64,000 nt of DNA, from positions 62,868,001-62,932,000 of the forward strand of contig CM060734.1 in the NCBI GenBank assembly GCA_030704615.1, read 5' to 3'. The first letter of the stretch is position 1. Each line of letters starts with the position of its first letter. Source of the stretch: Takakia lepidozioides (Eukaryota > Plantae > Bryophyta). Under the pieces are notes generated by a model, which searched no databases, had not been told where the DNA came from, and worked only from the letters and a program-made list of their open reading frames with translations. The position numbers and the translations under genes were made by a program. This document shows positions 1 through 9,830 of this stretch, one piece after another.

Positions 1-55
1 GGGGTGCTGTATGTGGTATTCTACGACCTACTAGATTTTAACTACCTACCCGGCT

Positions 56-212
56 CGGTAGGTCCTGGCTCCCTGCTATATCCGGTGGCTCGCTGCCCTA
101 AAAACCGGTTATGTCCAGTAGCGCTCTAGAGGAGCTCCTGCTACGGGATACAGCAGGTCGCCATGACACCGAACGCGGGTCGGTTAGGTCCTGGCTCCCT
201 GCTATATCCGGT
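56..212. repeat. Two direct copies of a ~30-bp motif (ggtcctggctccctgctatatccggt)
   Basis: Near-identical copies at ~56-87 and ~182-212. Confidence 0.75.
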
Positions 213-329
213 AGCAGAGGCTCCTCTCGAAGGCTACCTAGTCCATATAGAGCATTGGTTGGACACATGCAATATAAATCGGCGCTGATTTGCACAGGAA
301 AGCTTCTGCTCACAGTAGAAGAAGTGATT

Positions 330-760
330 TGCTCATGTTAGCAAACAATTCAGAACTTATTGATAATCATTGCAGGCATACGTACAGCCCTTACAAACGT
401 CCCTAACTGTTTGTAGCGGTAGATCCACCATGACAACCAGCACTCCAAGGCATGAACATCAACTAGCTTTGCAGCACCAAACGATGACCACCACGATCTA
501 ATGAACGTGAACGCCATTCTCGGCTTCTTGCTTGGTCTTTGTAGTTCGCCATTGGGCAGCTAAGGAAAGGTGAGCGGAGTGGAACCCCTCCTGGATGTAT
601 TTTTTTTGTGTACGCCTGTAAACTTTGCCCCCATACACCTTCCGAACTGCCGCCCAGTTCGCGTTCGCATTGTCTACCATAGAAACCCTTGAATTGGGGC
701 CGCCTCGTTCCTGGCCTCTGCATCTGTTCGTTAATGCACTCCCACTTCAGGACCTACGAC
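330..760 (-). mobile_element. Decayed MULE-like transposase fragment
   Basis: Frameshifted minus-strand peptides: PQFKGF/MVDNANANWAAVRKVYG, then QSLQAYTKKYI..HLSL..QWRTTK, then FIRSWWSSFGAA..LECWLSWW.YRYKQLG. From memory these resemble a moss MULE-type transposase family; not verified by search. Confidence 0.6.
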
Positions 761-804
761 GCCGTGTAGGGAATTCCAAAAAGGCCTTGATGTGAAATGC
801 ATCG

Positions 805-1808
805 CAATTCACTTGATCACCCCCTAAAAGTGCGCAATTCAATTGAATTGCAAGGGCAATTCAATTGAACTAACCCTAATTTGCAATTCAATTGAATTGT
901 CGGCACACGATTCAATTGAATTGCTGACTACAATTGAATTGAATTGTAATCTATAATTTTTTACTTATTTTTGTATATAATATATAATATATATGTACAT
1001 GTATATATTCAAATTATATTTATACACATATAAGAGTATAAGCTAAAAATCAGCCTCAACGAGAAAGGGAGAGCTAGAGACGGAGACTGATCGGCAGCTT
1101 CCTATGATTCACTGGCAAAAGAAACATGGCTGGCTCCGAAAAAAACAGACAAAATCAAACTTGACAATTGATGAAAGGCTTCCCTATGGCGTGGGGTGCA
1201 CTTGGCTTGAGGTTATATATGCATGAGTTTATGCTTAAGCTTTGTGAGCTCGCATGAGCTTGTGCTTGTATTCTTCTCCTTTATCATTCGAGAAAGATGG
1301 GCTCGTATCTGTTAGTGCCCTTCCCCTGTATCACCATGTAGTCCCCTAACACTAGTATCTGGCCCAGGACAAAGAAAACAAAAAATATGTTCATCTTGAG
1401 AATCATCAAAAATTTCGATACCCTTACAAAGGTATCATGTTGAAGTTGGGATGTGTGTTCTATATAAGTTTAATATATCAAACTCTTACACGTTGATACT
1501 CTTACATTTGTATCATGTTTGGTATATGTACATAGCCATATATTGGCACCAACATCCACAAAGAGAGACAATCCCGCTTTTACAAGCGCTTCGTGACTTC
1601 CCCTCCCTCTCTCTTCCTCTCTCGCTCTCCCTTAGGCTTATCTTGGGCTCAAGCCTTACCACGGGCAAAGGATTGACAGACGGACAGCAAAAATAGATGG
1701 GCAACATGTATTTTTAGCTTATACCTGTGTATGTATATATGTATAATTTAAATATATACATATATGTATTATATCCAGAAATAAGTTAGAAAATATAGAT
1801 TACAATTC
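805..1808. repeat. Foldback-like element: AATTCAATTGAATT palindromic cluster plus a ~100-bp AT-rich inverted repeat
   Basis: caattcaattgaattg recurs at 805-950. 940-1050 is approximately the reverse complement of 1710-1808 (gaattgtaatctata...tataagctaaaaat). Confidence 0.65.
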
Positions 1809-1842
1809 GTCTTGCGTTTCCGCGGAATGCAAAACTACGTGG

Positions 1843-2200
1843 TTGAAGGTGTGGAACTCCGATGTGGATCGACTAGGAAGTTTCCACTTGCCCATCGCCA
1901 AATCATGTCCGGAGACGGCATTTGGCGACTGGCTGGATAAGGCCACATGGTGGTGTCAGGTAAGAATGCTTCGACTTGCAGTTAAGGTGGGTTGGGGGAG
2001 GGAGGTTGCTACTTCGTTTATACAGACTGTGTCCGCTTCATTTTAAGAAACTTGTTTCTGTTTGTCAGCAGCAAATGCAGGAGGCTGAGCGACAGCTGGG
2101 GCTTCTCGTAGAGGCTGGTCATTTGCCGCTGCCGTCCCGAGAGGAGGCCAGATATGGAAGTCATGCAGGTTTGGCTTTCGAAATTTCGCGACACATATAT
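1843..2200 (+). mobile_element. Possible 3' remnant of a CRE-type non-LTR retrotransposon
   Basis: HFKKLVSVCQQQMQ resembles the FRQxxSxxLQR terminal motif also seen at ~33.2 kb. Heavily decayed. Confidence 0.3.
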
Positions 2201-2294
2201 ACTGGAAGGAGCTTTTCTATTGCGAGCTGTCGGATGGTCCTCGCCGGAGTGTTTTTATCCTGGAGTAGCCGGGGAAGCTGTTGCCATCCATGAG

Positions 2295-2747
2295 CAAGGC
2301 TGATTTTTGCACCTGTCACAAGGCATTTGACAGGCAAAAAAAGGCAAAAAAAATATGAGCCTGTCAAAAGAAAGGCAGTGAGAAAAAATTGCCTGTCACA
2401 GTGAAAGTCAAAAAAAAAAATAGCCTGTCAAAAGAAAGACAGAAATTTCTGATAATTAGGGGTAATTTTATTACTAAGTCCACCTAGGAGAGGCACTGCC
2501 AACTGCCCTTCTTTGTATTTCAAGCCTTAAACCTCTAGGCTCTCCGTCTTTGTTGGCTCTCTTGTAGAGAGAGACTTCGCATCAAGTTGAAGTCAATGGA
2601 GAAAATCTGGTCAAAGGCCATTACACCGTGTAAAGGCACCGATTGGTGTGTTGCGCTGAGTCATGCTCTACCCTTCCTCTTATGTTTTGCCAAAGCAAGA
2701 GAGCCAATCGCCATTTTAGGCTTGTTTCCTATGCTTGCTCTACCCTC

Positions 2748-2784
<37 letters not shown>

Positions 2785-3565
2785 TTGTTACAAGGGTTGA
2801 GTAGACGGATATTTGGCTCGAATCCATGTTGCATAATGTGGGCATGCACTTGCTTTCCCGTTTCTAGGTTTTTACACCTTTGTAAAATGCACAATTAAGT
2901 ATTGGAGTCTGGCAGCCAAAATGAATTGTTGGTTCAAAACGTGTAGTGCCTGTTTAACTTGTTCTCCCGTACACGAGGTACCCTCAGCCGCAGCAGTGCC
3001 AGAAAAAATCTTCTCGAGTCCCTCTATCATGTTTCAAAAGCATTTGTTGGGGAAGAGGTGCCATATTCAAACACTTGCACCTAATTCAACACGGCCATCC
3101 TGCATGATTCAAAATCTTTACTTACAAACTTATAATCATATGGCATATTGTATTTCCTAGCTCATTGATAAGCCAAGAAAATATCTCTCAAAGAAGAGAG
3201 GCTTGGGGCTACGTATGAAGATAAAAATGCTAAAGTCTTATAGTTAGAGAATAAGTGGTACGAATGCTACATGTTTGAGTTGGACTTGGAACCCATGAAA
3301 ACAATAAAGACAATACCATATGTATTCACGGATTTTTTTATTTTTTTTCCACGGACTGGAGCTTCACTAATTGTAGTTGTAAGAAGTTCACACTTCTTTT
3401 CATTTTTCGTTTTAATTTCATATGACAAAATTGTGTGAAAGGTCAAAAATCTGTCAACCTGTCATGTGAAAGGCATTTTCTTGAAGTTGTCTGTCACAGT
3501 GAAAGTCAAAACAAAATTTAACCTGTCACAAAAAAGGTAGGGCTACCTGTCAAAAAACAACACTG
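2295..3565. mobile_element. Non-autonomous hAT element carrying a PPR gene fragment
   Basis: Perfect 8-bp TSD tccatgag (2287-2294 and 3566-3573). Imperfect terminal inverted repeats (TIRs) caaggctgatttttg / caaaaaacaacactg. Many subterminal cctgtca motifs at both ends. Confidence 0.8.
2790..2975 (-). pseudogene. PPR N-terminal fragment inside the hAT element
   Basis: CTGEQVKQALHVLNQ and CILQRCKNLETGKQVHAHIMQHGFEPN match the start of the PPR array in the 4384-6987 gene (LCKAGQLKKALHILNQ..CLLQEC...GKQVHGHIIQSGFKPN). Ends at an (ATT)n microsatellite at ~2749-2783. Confidence 0.8.
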
Positions 3566-4383
3566 TCCATGAGACTGGTGTACAGGTTGGCTCTTCGGCA
3601 GCAAAGTTTGTGTCAAAACAAAATGTGTGCTTTTCACTTTGGTCACAGACTAATCACATTTTCAAGCTATAGCTACACCTGAAGGCTTTGAAGTAGCATC
3701 TTGGAGATCACAACCTGGCTGGCTACACAACTGAGTGGGAGGACGAAATCAACTGGCGTCATTGCAAGAAGTGAAATTCAAAAATCAGAACCCACTTGAA
3801 TTTCAAGCTTTGAAGCTCTTCTGCTGGGTCATTGACAGTGGAGTCATTCCTTCTCATAGGTCTAGTCTCTGTATTTGGCTGTGTTTGATTCAACATCTCA
3901 GGACCTGTTAGATTGAAACTTTGCCATTCATAAGACTCACTGAGATCGTGTGTCTTCTTTTTCGATTTCTGTATATAGGTGCCTGCCTCTGTGTTCTCTT
4001 CTGAAGTGCTAAAGCACTTTCTTCAATTTCAAAGAGTGTCGGGAGTCTACCTAATACTCTTATGGATTTCTTAGTCTGATATTTACCCTTACTTGCATAA
4101 GACGTGGGTACAATAACCGTCTTTGTAAAGCCTCATGGCACTTAATAGGTTATGTTTCCTTGTTGAATGAATTTGCCCTTCCTCTGGGAAGGGCCTGAAT
4201 TGTGAGCTGTTGCACCCAGGTTTCCTTTCAAAATATTAAAAAAAGTTCCATGATTTGTGTTCACAATGTGCTAACTGTTGAATTCAATGGCTTCATTCTG
4301 TATTTGCAAGAATAAGGCCACAATATGACATTTCAATGCTCACATTAGCAGCACTGCAACTCCATTCATGCAGGTTGCTCATT

Positions 4384-6987
4384 TTACCAGTAATCGCCAC
4401 AAGAACAAACCCCATCCTGGAAGCTATGAAAGCGATTGGCATCCCGTACAATAATTGCTCGCCCAACAATCTTGGAGATGAACTTGGTGGCTGTGTGGCA
4501 ATCGCCACACACCCGAAGGTTCTTGATGAGACGGAGAGGCATCCCAGGGGCCGTGTTGATGAGCCCAAACGCAATGGCCAGCTTCTCACTGTGAAGACCA
4601 AGAGAGGATTCCTTCTGCTCTTCCTCCACATTATGTAATGCAAAGCGCATGTCAGGCACATATCCAGCCTCCTTCATCTGCCTAGACAATTTCTTCAGCT
4701 CACAAAGGATTTCCTCAGCTTGTGGATGCAGTTTTTCATCTACAATGAATGTATGCATCCGGTTGTTGACCTCGATGCAGCAGCAACCTAGCTCCTTTCT
4801 GACACCTCTGGATTTCATCATTTTTCTCACTTTTGCAGTATCTTCCCACCTGCCAGCCGCTGCATAGATGTTCGATAGCAGCACATAGGTTGCAGCATGC
4901 TGGGGATCCCACATGAGAAGGCATTTTGCCACACGTTCTGCCACCTCTACGTTTCCATGAATTCTGCAGGCACCAAGCAAGGCTCCCCATGCTGCAGGAG
5001 CTGGTTCCGTTGGCAATTGATTGACGAAGTGCTCTGCCTCATCCAATCGCCCTGCACGACCCAGGAGGTCCACCATGCAGCCAAAATGCTCCACTGTAGG
5101 AGTGAGGCCATGCTTTCGACTCAAGGAATCAAAGTAGTGCATCCCTTCATCCACTAGTCCCACGTGGCTACATGCAGAGAGAACACATACAAAAGTAATA
5201 CCATTCGGCTTCAGCCCTTCCTGTTGCATTTCTTCAAATAGTTGCAGGGCCTCCGTACCACACCCATGTTGAGCATATCCTGCAATCATCGCAGTCCATG
5301 AGACCACATCTCCCTTAGCCAGATTGTCAAACACTAGGCGGGCAGCCTGTATGTCCCCACATTTGGCATACATGGCAATAAGGGCAGTGTCCAGAATGAT
5401 GTTTGGTTCCATTCCAGCTTTGATGATGTCAGCGTGAACCTCTTTGCCCTTTTCCAGGGCTGCCAGGGTAGCACACGCATTGAGAGCGCAAACAAATGTG
5501 ACATTATCGGGCATCCCCCCTCCTCGTATCATTTGCTCATACATTGCCAAAGCCTCTGTACCGCACCCATGCTGAGCATATCCTGCAATCATGGCACTCC
5601 ATGTGACCACATTTCGTTGAGCCATGTTGTCAAATACTTGGCGTGCATCACTTATGTTGCCACATTTGGCATACATGTTGACAAGGGTAGTCTCTAGAAT
5701 GGTATCTGTCACAATTCCAGCTTTGATGATGTTAGCGTGGACCTCTTTGCCCTTTTCCAGGGCTACCAGGCTCGAACATGCATTAAGAACACAAACGAAT
5801 GTGACCTGGTCGGGCATCACCCCTTCCCGAAGCATGTGCTCATAGGTGTCCAAAGCCTCCCTACCAAATCCATGCTGAGCATATCCTGATATCATTGCGC
5901 TCCATGATACCACATTTCGTTGAGCCATATTGTCAAACACTTGATGTGCATCCTTCATGCTCCCGCATTTGGCATACATGTCAACAAGGGTACTTTGCAG
6001 AATGATATTTGGCTCAATTCCAGCTTTGACGATATCATCATGGACCTCTTTGCCCTTTCCCAGGGCTGTTAGGCTGGCACACGCATTGAGAACACAAACG
6101 AATGTCACTTGGTCGGGCTTCCCCCCTTCCTGTATCATTTGCTCATACATGTCTAAAGCCTCCCTACCGCACCCATGTTGAGCATATCCTCCGATCATTG
6201 CATTCCATGACACCACATTTTTCTGAGCCATACTGCTGAACACTTGACGTGCATCCTTCATGCTTCCACACTTGCAATACGTGTTGACGAGGGTATTCTC
6301 CAGAAAAATATCTGGAGTAATCCCAGCTTTGAGGATGTCAGCATGTACCTCTCTGCCTTTTTCCAGAGTGGCACAGGCCTTGAGAATACAAGTAAACATG
6401 ACGTTGTCAGGCGTCAACCCTTCTCGTCTCATTTGCTCATAGATCTCTAAAGCCTCCCTACCACACCCATGCTTGGCATATCCTGCCATCATTATGGTCC
6501 ATGTAAACATATCTCGTTCAGGCATTTTGTCAAACACCAGTCGGGCCTCTACTGGTCTCCCGCACTTGGCATACATGTTAACAAGAGTGTTGTATAGAGA
6601 GACATTTGGCTTGAATCCACTTTGAATAATATGGCCATGCACCTGCTTTCCTTCTGCTAAGCTTTTCAACTTGATGCACTCCTGCAACAGACAGACATAT
6701 GTACTGAAGTCTGCAGAAGAGCCTCCTTGGTTCAGAATGTGCAGTGCCTTTTTCAGTTGCCCAGCCTTACAAAGTGTCCTCACATACCCGCAAGTGTCAG
6801 AAGAGTTCTTGTGGACACCCTCTCTTGGTCCAAAAGCAGTCGTTACTGTAGAGATGCCTAATTGTAACAATGGTGCTGCTGCTTCAAGTTGGCCATCTAC
6901 CCATGAGGGTTTCTTGCAGCTATCAATCCACAGTGCCTCGTTGGTACTCTTGTTCTTGATATCTGGGCCTCTGGAATTTATCTGCAC
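4384..6987 (-). CDS. PLS-class PPR protein with E1-E2-DYW deaminase domain (organellar C-to-U RNA editing factor); true 5' end probably in an upstream exon
   Basis: Uninterrupted 867-codon frame with repeated L-S-P triplets, P2-L2-S2, E1/E2, HSEKLA and CGDCH zinc ligands, and terminal CSCGDYW. The frame opens at GTG with no early Met; gtgcag at 6987-6982 looks like a splice acceptor. Confidence 0.95.
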   Translation of the reverse strand: MQINSRGPDIKNKSTNEALWIDSCKKPSWVDGQLEAAAPLLQLGISTVTTAFGPREGVHKNSSDTCGYVRTLCKAGQLKKALHILNQGGSSADFSTYVCLLQECIKLKSLAEGKQVHGHIIQSGFKPNVSLYNTLVNMYAKCGRPVEARLVFDKMPERDMFTWTIMMAGYAKHGCGREALEIYEQMRREGLTPDNVMFTCILKACATLEKGREVHADILKAGITPDIFLENTLVNTYCKCGSMKDARQVFSSMAQKNVVSWNAMIGGYAQHGCGREALDMYEQMIQEGGKPDQVTFVCVLNACASLTALGKGKEVHDDIVKAGIEPNIILQSTLVDMYAKCGSMKDAHQVFDNMAQRNVVSWSAMISGYAQHGFGREALDTYEHMLREGVMPDQVTFVCVLNACSSLVALEKGKEVHANIIKAGIVTDTILETTLVNMYAKCGNISDARQVFDNMAQRNVVTWSAMIAGYAQHGCGTEALAMYEQMIRGGGMPDNVTFVCALNACATLAALEKGKEVHADIIKAGMEPNIILDTALIAMYAKCGDIQAARLVFDNLAKGDVVSWTAMIAGYAQHGCGTEALQLFEEMQQEGLKPNGITFVCVLSACSHVGLVDEGMHYFDSLSRKHGLTPTVEHFGCMVDLLGRAGRLDEAEHFVNQLPTEPAPAAWGALLGACRIHGNVEVAERVAKCLLMWDPQHAATYVLLSNIYAAAGRWEDTAKVRKMMKSRGVRKELGCCCIEVNNRMHTFIVDEKLHPQAEEILCELKKLSRQMKEAGYVPDMRFALHNVEEEQKESSLGLHSEKLAIAFGLINTAPGMPLRLIKNLRVCGDCHTATKFISKIVGRAIIVRDANRFHSFQDGVCSCGDYW

Positions 6988-8010
6988 CCACTCTCCATCT
7001 TGCCTCCTTCAGCTATCCTTGCTTCAAGAAACATTGCCCGAAGTACTGGACAATGACAACCCATAGTTTACCCCACCCCTATCTACCAAACACTAGTTCC
7101 TATGCTGACTGGCACGACCCAACAAAAAGTGGGTGGGGGAGAGAAAGAAGAAAGAAAGCAAGAAACAGAGAGGAATGATTTGGTCCCTAGCCAGGGAAAA
7201 TGTGGACAGAAGAGGGAGAGAGAGAGTTTATAGGACTTGTCTTGTCTCGACAAGAAAGGATCTGTCTATTGCAGACTAGACCGAAAACTTACAGACAAAA
7301 CAGCCTTCAAAGAAGGCACCATCACATTTCCTCTTGATCCAAACTCAACATTGACTCCATATCCATAGAGGTGATTGGGGTGAGTGGCGGTGTAATTATA
7401 TATCATCAAATACAGGTTTTCCTCCCATCTTACATTTACCACAGACATTTACCACATTTTCATCAACTGTTATACTGCTCCATGATAGAGAGTAGGAGAT
7501 AGCTCTGTGTAGTAGCAGATAGTGGAAGGCACAAAAACCCTATTTCCACTTTGGCATAAGAAAGGATAATCCAAAATAGACTATCAAATTTCTCGTAAGA
7601 GAAATATAAGAAACAGATATGTGCTGCTTTCAGAAGTATTAGAGAGGGGGAGAGAGAGAGAGTGTGGCGTGTCCTTGCAGACGTTGGCTATGAAATACAC
7701 TTGAAGGACTAATTCTCACTGGATATGAAATCTCGGAGGGTCAATTGCGGGATCCCAACCCACTGGGCTCATACTGCTGTGCACAGTCAATGAAAGACTC
7801 TGATTACAGGAGATTGTGGCAAATTCAGCTCTTCCATTAACATCATGTTATACATGCAAACACATGTTATAGGTGTGAATGTGGTTGTCCACTCCAAGGG
7901 ATTGATTGTAGATTAATACGTTGGTATTGCCCAGATACTAGAAAGCATAAGCAGGCTCCAGCAAGCTCAACTATTCATCTAGCTTTCAACATAGGTAAGG
8001 CATGTTGGAA

Positions 8011-9095
8011 ACAAAGAGATTGTACTCATAAGACGTTGTTTGCCGTAGCCTTGTGGCCATTGACCCCGCGCCCAGTTTGAGCGGAAACCAAAGGGACAAA
8101 GAGATTGTACTCATAAGACGTTGTTTGCCGTAGCCTTGTGGCCATTGACCCCGCGCCCAGTTTGAGCGGGAACAAAAGGGACAGAACCTACCTCTGTCAG
8201 GGGCTGACGTTGGTAGTAAGACTTACCTCCATATAAAGAATTAATCCGGGTTTTCCAGATATCCTCTAGAAATCCCTTCACACAAGCATCAATCTGCTGT
8301 GTGTGATTTGCCCAAAAACTAGGCCTCAGGAGGGCCTGGGCTTTTGGCTCAGCCTCGAGACTTTCAAAGTTGGTAAACAGGGGTACAGGCACAATTCCCT
8401 TAATAGATTTGAAGAGAGCGTCTCTTTGGTGAGAGAACCCCGGACAGTGTATCAGAAAATGAATACTGTCTTCAGATTGCCCACACAACGGGCAATTGCA
8501 CTCTCCCTTTCCTCTCTGATTCTGTTTGCTGTTCAAAGGTAGGCTTCCTGCCCTGAGTTTAAATTTCAGTCTAGTGCCGAGAGTGGGTAGACCCTTGAGG
8601 TCATCCAAGATATCCTCCCCCATGTCACAGACTGGAAACAAGTTCAGGGAAGTTTTCTGCCTAACTTCATTTTCATCAGACAATCTCATGGCAACAGACA
8701 TGGCTGAGGACACTACAGCCTCTAAGTCACATTTATCCAGCAGGGTCAAGACTTGCGGATCCAGGTCCAGGTCCTTGAGGATCTCTTCTACTCTCTTCTG
8801 CCAGGACTTAGCCTGTTTGACAGGGCGGTCCTGTTTCCAAGATATAGAGTCGATTAGTTTAGGATATCTGGTGTTGGGCATATGTTGCAGCTGACCCCAC
8901 CATCTGACCTTGAATTCATCTCGTCGGGAGCTTAAGGACGGAATGCCAAACTCACCCCGAACAGCCACATTGGCTGTTTTGGAGCATGCTGACATACACT
9001 CCTTAAGCACCCCCACTTGAATGGATTCTAGAGACTTAGCCTGGTTGGAGTTATCAACCCATATAGCAGATCCGTACTCCAAGGCAGGTCTAATA
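8011..9095 (-). mobile_element. 5'-truncated non-LTR retrotransposon (post-RT region plus CCHC zinc finger; RTE-X-like), with its last ~85 bp tandemly duplicated
   Basis: EYGSAIW..LESIQ...AVRGEFG...RYPK and CPLC..EDSIHFLIHCP, ending KATANNVL*. 8011-8100 repeats 8096-8180. Confidence 0.85.
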
Positions 9096-9684
9096 ACGCG
9101 ACAAAGAGAGAAAGGGAGAGACTGTGGCCGCTATCGTTCATTTGCAAGATAGTTTTAAGATCCATCTTATTGTCTGCCTTCCACTGGAACACAACTTGCC
9201 CTTACCTTTTGGCCTTGATAATGCCAGCACTGATAGGGCTTTAAGAAGTATGTGTTCTGAAGCTTCTCCTCATCTCTACTTGGGCTCGTTGGATATTTGC
9301 CTGCCATCCCAGTAGCTTAACATGTCAGAAAAGCTCAGACCCATAAGAGATCCACCAGGCAAGCCAACTTACAAATCGCATAATGAAAAAAAAGTGTTCC
9401 TGTTGGTTCAGCGCACCCCAAGTGGAGACCTAGAAAGAAAGGGAGGGGCCAAAAGGTGATCCATCTAATACAGGATGAAAAAACGCCGGAATTTTTGTGG
9501 CATGAAGAATGATACACTGACTAAATCCTGGAAAGGGAACCATAACAATGGTCCATCCAGTAATAGTCACAGGCACTAACAGATTAACATTCTATGGAGA
9601 CATCTATCTTGTCAAAGTGCCTGTATGAGATGGTGTATCTAGCGAAATCTTATCCGTATCATAGGAGAATTTTATGATACTTAC

Positions 9685-9830
9685 TCCTAGCTGCTTCCAG
9701 CTTCTCCAATTCACCATCTATCCATGGAGGTGTCTTGTAGCTGTCAATGCACAATGCCTGGTCCATACTCCTGCACTTGCAATCTGGTCCTTTGGGATTG
9801 ATCTGCACCGACCTTGCCTCTTTAGGTCAC
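9685..9830 (-). pseudogene. Remnant paralog of the PPR-DYW N-terminal leader
   Basis: VQINPKGPDCKCRSMDQALCIDSYKTPPWIDGELEKLEAA aligns with VQINSRGPDIKNKSTNEALWIDSCKKPSWVDGQLEAAA at 6987-6875. Confidence 0.75.

Noticed and set aside
4384-4800. DYW domain as a U-to-C (KP-type) editor
   Set aside because: It has canonical HSEKLA, CGDCH and a DYW end, consistent with the C-to-U type.
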